Assembly (NCBI GenBank): GCA_963422645.2
Contig: CAXXVO010000007.1
Location: 320,001-384,000 of the forward strand
DNA length: 64,000 nucleotides
Source: Alphaproteobacteria bacterium
GTDB lineage: Bacteria; Pseudomonadota; Alphaproteobacteria; UBA828
Reading direction: 5' to 3'
The translations under genes and the position numbers were made by a program. Below the pieces are notes generated by a model. The model was given only the letters and a program-made list of their open reading frames with translations. It did not search any database and had not been told where the DNA came from. Each line of letters opens with the position of its first letter. Positions within the stretch are counted from its first letter, which is position 1. Shown here in pieces: positions 37,328 through 47,015 of this stretch.

Positions 37328-37621
37328 TTACGACGAAGGGGGCCCTTCGCTGGCCGTCTGATTGTCCGCCTCAAAGTCTGGGTTCCATGGCGATTTCACG
37401 CCGAGCCGTCGATCAAGACGAGCGATTGTTCCAGGCGTCAAAGGCTCATCGGGTTCGACACCCGCTTCGATCGCCCTTCGAGTGCGTCGGCCGCGAGGGT
37501 ACGAAAGCCGCGTGAGCGGTCCCCAAGCATTCTCATCGGCCACTACGGTGCCTCCCTCGCGCTCCAACCAAGTACAATACTCCCCGAACGTCGGGGATTC
37601 CTGAAACGGGTGAGCAGTCAT
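37328..37621 (-). CDS. Hypothetical protein, HicA-like toxin candidate
   Basis: 97 aa, start overlaps the upstream stop. The C-terminal LTPGTIARLDRRLG resembles the HicA end helix. No GSH motif. Confidence 0.45.
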   Translation of the reverse strand: MTAHPFQESPTFGEYCTWLEREGGTVVADENAWGPLTRLSYPRGRRTRRAIEAGVEPDEPLTPGTIARLDRRLGVKSPWNPDFEADNQTASEGPPSS

Positions 37622-37926
37622 CAGGCGGCAAGCGCTCGCACATTGCTGGCGTGATCGGGCAAGGGATACATGCGGCCGCGATGCACGCCGTCACCGTTCT
37701 CGTCCCACATGTCATGGTATCGCTGCGGTGCCGGCCCAATGTCCCCGAAGGGCACACCCGTGCGAGCGATGGAGTCGTCGCGCTCCGCTCGATAGGCGGT
37801 TTGCAGACGCTGATAAAGCTCCTCCGAGTCGCGACCCTGCGCGCCGATGTCCTGTTCGAGGCACATCGCCACGAACTTGTCACCTTCCGTGAAGATCACG
37901 AACCTCGTGCTGTCCTGGGCAGCCAT
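37621..37926 (-). CDS. HicB-like antitoxin candidate
   Basis: FVIFTEGDKFVAMCLEQDIGAQGRDSEEL matches the HicB N-terminal pattern. RBS GAGAGG. Confidence 0.6.
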   Translation of the reverse strand: MAAQDSTRFVIFTEGDKFVAMCLEQDIGAQGRDSEELYQRLQTAYRAERDDSIARTGVPFGDIGPAPQRYHDMWDENGDGVHRGRMYPLPDHASNVRALAA

Positions 37927-38250
37927 CGATCACATCCTCTCGTTCTTATGCTGTCGGAGCCGCCACGAAGGGGATCGACGACAGCGGTTGCGGGCGATGA
38001 ATGTTCATCATCATCCGCAAATGGACCCCCATTAGGTGGGGTCTATTTTCATCATGTCGACATGATGCCTGATCGTCAACGATTTGCGGAACGATCATCA
38101 TGTGCCGGAAGCCCGACACAGCGGGCCTGGTTGACGTAGCAGGGGAAGGGTGCGGTGATGGCAGCCGGAAAGTCAAGACATATATCACCAGTTGCCTAGC
38201 CATATCTCGTGCCGTAGGATGATCATGATGATGATGCTAGGCGAAGCGCG

Positions 38251-38445
38251 ATGACGGACAAGCCGCAATCGCGGCCGCGCGGTCGTCCGCCCAAGCCGAT
38301 TCCGAAACTGAACGCCACGCCAGAGCGCGCTGCACGGGCGATCTTCTCAGCCGTGAAGCCGGCCGACCCTACGATCCGCGTTGAGAAGGCTCACACGCGG
38401 AAGCGGAAAGCAACGACCACAATCTCTGGCCCCCATGACCCCTAG
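38251..38445 (+). CDS. Small basic IS1595-associated protein
   Basis: RPRGRPPKPIPK (AT-hook-like) followed by ATPERAARAIF. Confidence 0.5.
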   Translation: MTDKPQSRPRGRPPKPIPKLNATPERAARAIFSAVKPADPTIRVEKAHTRKRKATTTISGPHDP

Positions 38446-38656
38446 ACGGCGGGTGGCTTGGCGCGTCGGGGTCGTGCTTTGGGTTCTATACGCGATCGGC
38501 TTTGCCGGCTTCTTCGTTGTCGAAGAGGAAAACCCTCATGTGCTTCTCGCACTGATCGCCCTACCCTGGGGCATCTTGATCTCCGGGTGGCTAATATGGC
38601 GAGCCGTCGTGCGACCCGTAATGCGCTGGATCATTGCACCGCTTCGAGATCGCTAG
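38435..38656 (+). CDS. Small membrane protein (two TM segments)
   Basis: Two hydrophobic stretches. Start overlaps the previous ORF. Confidence 0.45.
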   Translation: MTPRRRVAWRVGVVLWVLYAIGFAGFFVVEEENPHVLLALIALPWGILISGWLIWRAVVRPVMRWIIAPLRDR

Positions 38657-38772
38657 ACTCTCGCACTTGGCTAGTTAGGCGTATAAGCCCCTTTCGTTTT
38701 ATACTGGAAGGCGATTCGGTTATCGTTTCAAATTATATGAAACGAAATCTTGACGCTCAGGTAAATGTAATA

Positions 38773-39797
38773 TCAGACTTCCTGACCTCTGCTGATTTTA
38801 GGTGACACGAGCCGCGCGGATTCCGAGGCCCCGTCGATGTCGTAGACTATGCGCAGACGGGTGCCGGGGAAGACCGTTTCGGTGGCGTTCAGGTCGCTCA
38901 GAACCGCATCGATCCAACGGTCGCAGGCGTCGTTTGCGAGGCCAAGAATGTGGACCCGCAGGAGGCCACAACTGGCCAGAACCCGAGCCGGAACATCGCA
39001 AGTCGCACGCCCCATCGGCGCCTGCCGGTCCCGCCGATCGCGCGCGCTGCGATCCGTTTGCGGCTGCGCTTCCAGCCCCGGCGCCGTCTCCGGCCCCGGG
39101 GCACCGGTACTCTCTTCATCGACACGGCCTTCAGGAGCCGCACCCGCGTCAGGCGGCGCAGCCAGCGCTGAGCGTCCGGGCTCCCCATCCGCCTCCGTGT
39201 TGCCGATCAGTCCCTGACGGCGCCACTTGTTGACCGATGGCGCTGACACGCCGAGAACCCGGGCCGCCGCAGAGCCGCTCAGGCCCGATGCCAGCAACGC
39301 CGTCGCCTTCTCCGCCAACTCCGGAGTGAACACCGACGGCCCGCGACCGCGCCGGGGCTTCATGAACCCCGCTTCGCCCTCGGCCAGGTAGCGCCGTCGT
39401 GCGCGCTGCACCGTCGCGCGCGAGACAGCGAAAGCGTCAGCCAGTTCCTGCGGCGAGACCGCGCTGATCGCCGCGAGGCGGCCGATCCGCAAGAGCATGG
39501 CCGTGCGGTCATCGGCGGCGTGGCTGTCAAAGGGAATGAGGTTGGAAAAGTAGGTGAAGGTGTCGTCCGAGATCAGGACGGCGAAGCAGCTGTTGCCGAT
39601 CGAGACCGCCTCTGGAGGGCACATTGGGAGGGTACTGGGCATGGTTGAGACCGTGCAATTGGTATCAAATTATAATATCAGACCTCGGGCGCGACACCCA
39701 GCGAAAAACCGCCTGAAACAACCGAAATGTATCAGAATTCAAGGAGTTCCCGGCACGCTGCCCAGAACAGCCAGCATCACGAGGTCAGGAAGTCTGA
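38773..39797 (-). mobile_element. ISx copy 4, internally deleted derivative (1,025 bp)
   Basis: Both IRs intact. 1,490 bp deleted at a 3-bp TGG microhomology (junction 38966-38968), giving the in-frame 289-aa ORF 38773-39642. Confidence 0.93.
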
Positions 39798-39800
39798 GGT

Positions 39801-42315
39801 TCAGACTTCCTGACCTCTGCTGATTTTAGGTGACACGAGCCGCGCGGATTCCGAGGCCCCGTCGATGTCGTAGACTATGCGCAGACGGGTGCCGGGGAAG
39901 ACCGTTTCGGTGGCGTTCAGGTCGCTCAGAACCGCATCGATCCAACGGTCGCAGGCGTCGTTTGCGAGGCCAAGAATGTGGACCCGCAGGAGGCCATTGC
40001 CAGGATCCGGCAGGATGTCGGCATCGGCGGTGAGCAGCGCTTGAAGCAGTTTCCGGGGATGGGGCTTGTGGCCCTGCGCCTGCATGACGGGAAGCATCAT
40101 GCGGGTTTCGGCGCGGTAGGCGATCATCCGGATGACGTCGAGGAGGAGGCGCTCGCGCGCGGGCAAGGCATCGAGCTGCTCGGCTTCGTCGAGGTCGCCG
40201 GCCCGGCAGTGCTTGGGCGTCTCCCTGCGGCTGGCCCTGACGATGTCGCGGACATCCTGGAGGTCCCTGACTTCCCTCCTGAGTTCCGCCGTCGGCTGCT
40301 TCTTCCGGGCCGTGTCGGCGATGCGGTTGCGCAGGCGGCCAAGCTGGCGGTCGAGGCGATGGATTGCCTTGTCATAGGCCCGCCGCAGCGGGTTGACGAC
40401 CATGGCGGCGGGATCGAGAGGCTCGAGCTCGTGGGTCGGCAGGGCGTCGAGATTGAACTCGTCACGCATGTACTTGAAGAAGTTCTCCTGCGACCAGCGC
40501 GAGAACATGGCGCCCGCAACCTCAGCCATCGGCTTGTGCGGATCGGTGGTGATCAGCGGCACCTGACGGCCGTTGTCGAGCAGGCGGCGGATCTGGCGCA
40601 CCCTGAAGCCGTTCGGCAACGTCACCGGCTTCTCAGCCAGCCGCATGGTGGCGCTGCCGTCCGCCGCCGGTCCGTGAATGGGAACGGTCATCGCGCCGAA
40701 GTCCTCGGCCGGCCAGTCCTCGCCCCTGAAGTTCTTGTGCCAGGTCAGGCAGGCGACGCCGCGCCTCGCCAGCCGGCGGAACAGATCCGGGCTCCAGCCC
40801 TCGCGGTCGAAGACCAGGGTGAGCGCCGGCTGGCCGGGATGCTCGGCGGTCAGGTCCGGCGCCCCGGCGCCAACGATCCCAAGCTCCTGCAGCGCCGGCA
40901 CCACGTCGGCTTCGATGGCCGCGACCATCTTCGGGTCCAGCGGCTTGTGCAGACAGAGCAGCGGCTTGCCGCCCAGAGCGTTGATCCAGTAGCTGGCGCT
41001 CGCCGGCAGGCACAGCTTCTCGCGCGAGACGAAGTGCTTGGGCAAGCGCCCCTTGCGGCCGGAGTAGACCTTGACGTGCCCGTCGATGGCCAGCGTCGCC
41101 CAGAGCTCCGGCTCGTCGGCGCCTGCCAGCGCCTGGCAAGGGCGAGCTGCCACGCCCGCACGCCGGCCTCGTCGTCGGCGATGAGAGCGATCTTGCGGCG
41201 CAGCGTCTTGACCTCGGGGCAGCGATCGAGGCCGAGAATGGCGCCCCATTCGCCCGGCGCCTGGTAGCGCAGGCTCTCGGGGTTGCGCACCCGCGCCAAG
41301 GTCATGAAGGCCAGGAAGAGCAGGATCGTAGGCAAGCCGTAATAGCCCTTCGGCAGCAATGGCAGGAGACCGGTCTCGGAGAGAAGACCTTCCTTCAGCA
41401 GGGCCGGCAGGGCGGCGAGCACGCCGCCGAAGCGGACACCGCGGGCGGCGGCGGCGAACTGCGGTTCGACCGGCCCCGCCTGTCCACAACTGGCCAGAAC
41501 CCGAGCCGGAACATCGCAAGTCGCACGCCCCATCGGCGCCTGCCGGTCCCGCCGATCGCGCGCGCTGCGATCCGTTTGCGGCTGCGCTTCCAGCCCCGGC
41601 GCCGTCTCCGGCCCCGGGGCACCGGTACTCTCTTCATCGACACGGCCTTCAGGAGCCGCACCCGCGTCAGGCGGCGCAGCCAGCGCTGAGCGTCCGGGCT
41701 CCCCATCCGCCTCCGTGTTGCCGATCAGTCCCTGACGGCGCCACTTGTTGACCGATGGCGCTGACACGCCGAGAACCCGGGCCGCCGCAGAGCCGCTCAG
41801 GCCCGATGCCAGCAACGCCGTCGCCTTCTCCGCCAACTCCGGAGTGAACACCGACGGCCCGCGACCGCGCCGGGGCTTCATGAACCCCGCTTCGCCCTCG
41901 GCCAGGTAGCGCCGTCGTGCGCGCTGCACCGTCGCGCGCGAGACAGCGAAAGCGTCAGCCAGTTCCTGCGGCGAGACCGCGCTGATCGCCGCGAGGCGGC
42001 CGATCCGCAAGAGCATGGCCGTGCGGTCATCGGCGGCGTGGCTGTCAAAGGGAATGAGGTTGGAAAAGTAGGTGAAGGTGTCGTCCGAGATCAGGACGGC
42101 GAAGCAGCTGTTGCCGATCGAGACCGCCTCTGGAGGGCACATTGGGAGGGTACTGGGCATGGTTGAGACCGTGCAATTGGTATCAAATTATAATATCAGA
42201 CCTCGGGCGCGACACCCAGCGAAAAACCGCCTGAAACAACCGAAATGTATCAGAATTCAAGGAGTTCCCGGCACGCTGCCCAGAACAGCCAGCATCACGA
42301 GGTCAGGAAGTCTGA
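39801..42315 (-). mobile_element. ISx copy 5, complete
   Basis: Same IRs, length and frameshift. Separated from copy 4 by the 3 bp GGT. Confidence 0.95.
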
Positions 42316-42367
42316 GTTTATTGCCGATGGGTCTGCTCACGATAGTGCGGCCCGCGCGGGGATAGGG

Positions 42368-43708
42368 TCAGGTGGGGAGCAGCCCGAGATTTTCGCGCAG
42401 CGTGGGCCCGGCATAGTCCTCGTGGTAGAGGCCGCGCCGTTGCAGCTCGGGCACCACGAGGCGCGCGAAATCCTCGTAGGCGCCCGGCATGTGGGTCGCG
42501 GCGAGCACGAAGCCGTCGCAGGCCTCGCCCTCGAACCATTCCGCCATCTCATCGGCGACGGCGGCGGGCGTGCCGACAAAATGAGGCATCTCGCCCAACG
42601 TGCCGCGCCGACTGTAAGTGACAAAATCCTCGACCGTGGGATGTGGATTGCCGCTCAGCGTCACAACCCGGTCGCGGATCGCCTGCAGGCCGCTGATGGA
42701 GGCCATCTCCTCGTCGGTGAAGGGCTCGTCCGCAGGCTTGGTCGCGAAATCGTAGTTGAGCGCCTCGGAGAGCAGGGCCAGCGTGTCGATGGGCTGTGCG
42801 AGGCCCGCGATGAAGGCGGCCTTCTCTTCCGCCTCTGCGTTGCTCTCGGCCACCGTGACGTAGGCCGCCGGCGCCACGCGAAAGGTGCCGGGGTCGCGGC
42901 CGGCAGCGACTGCGGCATCGCGCGTCGCCGCGTAGGCCTTGCGGCCGAACTCCAGGGTGGGATAGATCGCGAAGATCACATCGGCCCAGCGCGCCGCGAA
43001 TTGCCGCCCCCGCCCGCTCTGGCCGGCCTGGATCACGATGGGGCGATCCTGGGGCGTGCGCGGCACGGTGAAGGGCCCGCGCGAGCGCAGGAAGCGGCCC
43101 TCGTGGTCCAGGCGATGCACGCCTTCCGGGTCGGCGAAGATGCCCTGCTCCTTGTCGAGTACGATGGCGTCCGGGGCCCACGAGTTCCAGTGGCCGAGCA
43201 CCACCTCCATGAACTCGTCGGCGCGGTCGTAGCGCTCGTTATGCTCGATCACCCTGTCCGCGCCGTAGTTCGCAGCCTCGGAATCGTTGAGCGAGGTCAC
43301 CACGTTCCAGGCGGCCCGGCCGCCGCTCATGTGATCGAGGGTGGAGAACATGCGCGCCACGTGGAAGGGCTGGTAGTAGGTGGTCGAGCAGGTGGCACCC
43401 AGGCCGAGCCGCGTGGTGGCCGCGCCCATCAGGGTGAGGATCGGGATCGGGTCCATCTTGACCACCCGCACCCCGTTGCGCACCGCCTCGGCATGGTCGC
43501 CGCCGTAGATGTCCGGCAGCGCGAGGCGGTCGTCGAAGAAGGCGAGATGGAACTTGCCGGCCTCGAGGATGCGGGCGATCCGCTGGTAGTAGTCGGCGGT
43601 GAGGAAGTCCGTGGCGGAGTCCGGGTGACGCCAGGACGCCGGGTAGTTGGAGCAGTTCTGCGCCTGGAGGAAGCCCACCAGGACCATCTGCCGCTTGCTC
43701 ATGCTCAC
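42368..43708 (-). CDS. NtaA/SnaA/DszA-type FMN-dependent monooxygenase (LLM class)
   Basis: WRHP, GKFHLAFFDD, TLDHMSGGRAAWNVVTS, IQAGQSGRG and TLRENLGL. Confidence 0.92.
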   Translation of the reverse strand: MSMSKRQMVLVGFLQAQNCSNYPASWRHPDSATDFLTADYYQRIARILEAGKFHLAFFDDRLALPDIYGGDHAEAVRNGVRVVKMDPIPILTLMGAATTRLGLGATCSTTYYQPFHVARMFSTLDHMSGGRAAWNVVTSLNDSEAANYGADRVIEHNERYDRADEFMEVVLGHWNSWAPDAIVLDKEQGIFADPEGVHRLDHEGRFLRSRGPFTVPRTPQDRPIVIQAGQSGRGRQFAARWADVIFAIYPTLEFGRKAYAATRDAAVAAGRDPGTFRVAPAAYVTVAESNAEAEEKAAFIAGLAQPIDTLALLSEALNYDFATKPADEPFTDEEMASISGLQAIRDRVVTLSGNPHPTVEDFVTYSRRGTLGEMPHFVGTPAAVADEMAEWFEGEACDGFVLAATHMPGAYEDFARLVVPELQRRGLYHEDYAGPTLRENLGLLPT

Positions 43709-43858
43709 CGTCGCTCGCTAGGACCGGGAGGCAACGCCGGCCGCCGCCTGCGCGGGGTGTAGCATGGCCGGCGGGCGTTTGGCAGGCGCGTGGCGGGCCG
43801 GCCGTCTCTGTGCCATCCTCCGGTTGGGCTGCGATCGGCGCAGAGCAAGGGGGGCATC

Positions 43859-44878
43859 ATGGAACTGGGCATCAGTATCAAGGGAGACCTCGACGTGCGC
43901 CGCACCGTGGCGCTTGCCCATCAAGCCGAGGCCGCAGGCTTCGACTACATGTGGTTCGCGGATTCCCACATTCTGTGGTCCGACGTCTACACCCAGATGG
44001 CGGTCTGCCTGGACCACACGCAGCGTATTCGCGTGGGTCCGCTGGTGACCAACCCCAGGGTGCGCGACTGGTCGGTGGCAGCCAGCATCTTCGCGCGGCT
44101 GGTCCAGTTCGGCGACGGCCGGCTCGACGTGGCGGTGGGCCGCGGCGACAGCTCGGTGCGCGTCATGGGCCAGCGGCCTGCGACGCTCGCCCAGCTCACC
44201 GCCTTCTGCGACGCGCTCCGCACCATGCTGCGGGGCGAGGCCTGCGAGTACGACGGCGCCCACGGGCCGGTCCTCCTCGACTGGGCCGACCCTTACGAGC
44301 TGCCCATCTGGATCGCGGCCTACGGGCCGCGCGCGCTCGCCGCAGCCGGCGCGCACGGGGACGGGCTGGTGATCCAGCTGGCCGATCCGGGGCTCTGCCA
44401 ATGGTTCACCGACCAGGCGCTCGCGGCGCGCAAGGCGGCCGGCCTCGATCCCGCCGGATACCGCGTGCTCTCCTGCGCGCAGGCCTGGATCGGCGACCGC
44501 GAGACCGCCATCGCCCAGACCAGCTGGTTCCCCGCCGTGGTCGGCAACCATGTCGCTGATATCGTGGAGCGCCACGGATCGGGGACGGACCTGGTGCCGG
44601 AGAGCCTGACCGCGTTCATCGCCGCCCGCCAGGGGCGCGGCGCGGACGAAGGCTACGACTACCTCAAGCACGCGGTCGCGGGCTCCGACAACGTGCACTA
44701 CGTCACCGACGCCATCACCGAGTCCTTCTGCCTGATCGGCCCGGCCGAGGCCCATGTGGAGAAGCTCAAGGCGCTGGAGGCCGCAGGCGTCACGCAGTTC
44801 GCGCTCTACCTGATGACGGAAGACCAGGAACGACTGATCGCCGAGTACGCGACCAAGGTGCTGCCTCACTTCCGCTAG
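43859..44878 (+). CDS. LLM-class (probably F420-dependent) oxidoreductase
   Basis: GFDYMWFADSHILW, VGPLVTNP, GRGDSSVR and IAAYGPRAL. Confidence 0.88.
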   Translation: MELGISIKGDLDVRRTVALAHQAEAAGFDYMWFADSHILWSDVYTQMAVCLDHTQRIRVGPLVTNPRVRDWSVAASIFARLVQFGDGRLDVAVGRGDSSVRVMGQRPATLAQLTAFCDALRTMLRGEACEYDGAHGPVLLDWADPYELPIWIAAYGPRALAAAGAHGDGLVIQLADPGLCQWFTDQALAARKAAGLDPAGYRVLSCAQAWIGDRETAIAQTSWFPAVVGNHVADIVERHGSGTDLVPESLTAFIAARQGRGADEGYDYLKHAVAGSDNVHYVTDAITESFCLIGPAEAHVEKLKALEAAGVTQFALYLMTEDQERLIAEYATKVLPHFR

Positions 44879-44899
44879 CAGAGCGGGGGCGCGCGGACG

Positions 44900-45580
44900 A
44901 TGCTGCGCCACCTGCTCGGCGCGGACGCGACCGCAGAGACCATGCTGGAGGCGATCGCGCGCGATGCGCGGGAGACCGGCGACAACACCGGGCGTCCGGT
45001 CTTCGACGATGCCGTCATGGAGGCCGTGCGCAGGGTGCCGCGCGCCGCTTTCGTGCCCGAGACGGAGCAGCCCTTCGCCTACGAGAACAGGCCGCTTCCC
45101 ATCGGCCACGGCCAGACCATCTCGCAGCCCTTCGTCGTCGCCCTGATGACCGAGCTTCTCGGTGTCGAGCACGGCGCGCGCATCCTGGAGGTCGGCACCG
45201 GCTGCGGCTACCAGACCGCCGTCCTCTGCGCGCTGGGCGCCACCCTATATTCGGTCGAGGTCGTCGAGCCGCTGGCAACCGCCGCTGCGGCGCGCCTCGA
45301 AGCGCTGGGTTACGCGCGGGCCACGGTGCGTGCCGGCGACGGCCACGCAGGCTGGCCGGAGGAGGCGCCCTTCGACGGTATCATCGTCACCGCAGCGGCG
45401 CCTTCGATCCCGCCGGCGCTGGTGGCGCAGCTCAAGCCCGGCGGCTGCCTGGTCATCCCCGTCGGCCGCGCCGCCAAGACCCAGCATCTGCAGCGCATTG
45501 AGAAGCGCGCCGACGGCTCAAGCGAGGCGAAGACGGTGCTGCCGGTGGCCTTCGTCCCGCTGACCCGGGGGCAGGCTTAG
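44900..45580 (+). CDS. pcm: Protein-L-isoaspartate O-methyltransferase
   Basis: LPIGHGQTISQP, LEVGTGCGYQ, APFDGIIVTAA and FVPL. Confidence 0.94.
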   Translation: MLRHLLGADATAETMLEAIARDARETGDNTGRPVFDDAVMEAVRRVPRAAFVPETEQPFAYENRPLPIGHGQTISQPFVVALMTELLGVEHGARILEVGTGCGYQTAVLCALGATLYSVEVVEPLATAAAARLEALGYARATVRAGDGHAGWPEEAPFDGIIVTAAAPSIPPALVAQLKPGGCLVIPVGRAAKTQHLQRIEKRADGSSEAKTVLPVAFVPLTRGQA

Positions 45581-46263
45581 GTCCCTGCGAAGGGCTCCAG
45601 GTCGGCCAGGTAGGCGAGCACCCGGTCGAGCGGCTCGACGTCGCAATACTTCATGTCGAGGTCGAAGAGGTTCCACTCGATGGCGGCGGGCACGCGGTCG
45701 CCCACGCATTCACGGACGATGACGGTGCGGAAGCCCTCGCCGAGCGCGTCCTCCACCGTGTGCCTGACGCAGCTCGCCATGGTGACGCCGGTGCAGATCA
45801 ACGTATCGATACCGCCGGCGCGCAGTATTCCGCCGAGGTGGGTGCCGGCGAAGGCGCTCGGCCGCTTCTTCACGATCAGCGTGTCGACGCCTTCCTCCAG
45901 GGGCACGCGGTCGTCGATCTCGGTCGCAGGCGAGCCCAGCATCAGGTCCTCGAAGGGCTTCTTGAGAGGGAAGGCGCCCATGTCGAAGCGGCTGCAAAAC
46001 GCGGTGGTGGTGTAGATGATCGGCACCCGCCTGGCGCGGGCCGCTGCGAGCAGGCGCTGCACGCCGGGAATGATCTGATCGTCCATGTCGTCGCAGGAGA
46101 AACGATGGCCCGGCCGGGTCCAGGCGTTGGCGAGGTCGATGTTGAGGAGCGCGGGCCTCGTGCCGAAGCCCGAGCGCTGGTTCCAGCCGCGGTTCCGGTA
46201 GAGCCCGGAATCGCCGGAGAAGATGGTATCGAGCGCCTCGCGGACCTTGTCGTCCAGCGGCAT
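45577..46263 (-). CDS. Isochorismatase-family cysteine hydrolase, paralog 2
   Basis: NIDL...KKRPSAF...GVTMASCVRHT (D-K-C triad). Confidence 0.92.
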   Translation of the reverse strand: MPLDDKVREALDTIFSGDSGLYRNRGWNQRSGFGTRPALLNIDLANAWTRPGHRFSCDDMDDQIIPGVQRLLAAARARRVPIIYTTTAFCSRFDMGAFPLKKPFEDLMLGSPATEIDDRVPLEEGVDTLIVKKRPSAFAGTHLGGILRAGGIDTLICTGVTMASCVRHTVEDALGEGFRTVIVRECVGDRVPAAIEWNLFDLDMKYCDVEPLDRVLAYLADLEPFAGT

Positions 46264-46291
46264 TGCCGCCTCCCGTGGAGAGATTTCCGGC

Positions 46292-46978
46292 CTAGCGGTT
46301 GGCGAAGGGCTCCAGGTCGTCGAGGTAGGCCAGCACCCGGTCGAGCGGCTCGACGTCGCAATACTTCATGTCGATGTCGAAGAGGTTCCACTCGACCGCC
46401 GCAGGCACGCGGTCGCCCACGCATTCGCGCACCACGACGGTGCGAAAGCCCTCGCCGAGCGCGTCCTCCACCGTGTGCCTGACGCAGCCGGCCATGGTGA
46501 CGCCGGTGCAGATCAGCGTGTCAATTCCGCCGGCGCGCAGAATGCCGCCGAGGTGGGTGCCGGCGAAGGCGCTCGGCCGTTTCTTCACGATCAGCGTGTC
46601 GACGCCTTCCTCCAGCGGGATGCGGTCGTCGATCTCGCAGGCCGGCGAGCCCAGCATCAGGTCCTCGAAGGGGGTCTTGAGCGGGAAGGCCCCCATGTCG
46701 AAGCGGCTGCAGAAGGCGGTGGTGGTGTAGATGACGGGCACCTGCTTGGCCCTCGCGGCTTCGAGCAGGCGCTGCACCCCGGGAATGACCTGGTCGTCCA
46801 TGTCATTGCAGGAGAAGCGATAGCCCTGGCGGGTCCAGGCGTTGGCGAGGTCGATGTTGAGGATCGCGGGCCGCGTGCCGAAGCCCGAGCGCTGGTTCCA
46901 GCCGCGCTTCTGGTAGAGCCCGGCATCGCCGGAGAAGATCGTGTCCAGCGCCTCGCGGACCTTGTCGTCCAGCGGCAT
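46292..46978 (-). CDS. Isochorismatase-family cysteine hydrolase, paralog 1
   Basis: NIDL...KKRPSAF...GVTMAGCVRHT. I count 22 of 228 residues differing from its neighbour. Confidence 0.92.
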   Translation of the reverse strand: MPLDDKVREALDTIFSGDAGLYQKRGWNQRSGFGTRPAILNIDLANAWTRQGYRFSCNDMDDQVIPGVQRLLEAARAKQVPVIYTTTAFCSRFDMGAFPLKTPFEDLMLGSPACEIDDRIPLEEGVDTLIVKKRPSAFAGTHLGGILRAGGIDTLICTGVTMAGCVRHTVEDALGEGFRTVVVRECVGDRVPAAVEWNLFDIDMKYCDVEPLDRVLAYLDDLEPFANR

Positions 46979-47015
46979 CGTCGCCTCCCTTGCTGTGCGC
47001 TTCCTGCGGGCCGGG

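Noticed and set aside
38169-38189. AAGTCAAGACATATATCACC as a second IS1595-type end
   Set aside because: It only loosely resembles such ends, and no partner end or duplication was found.
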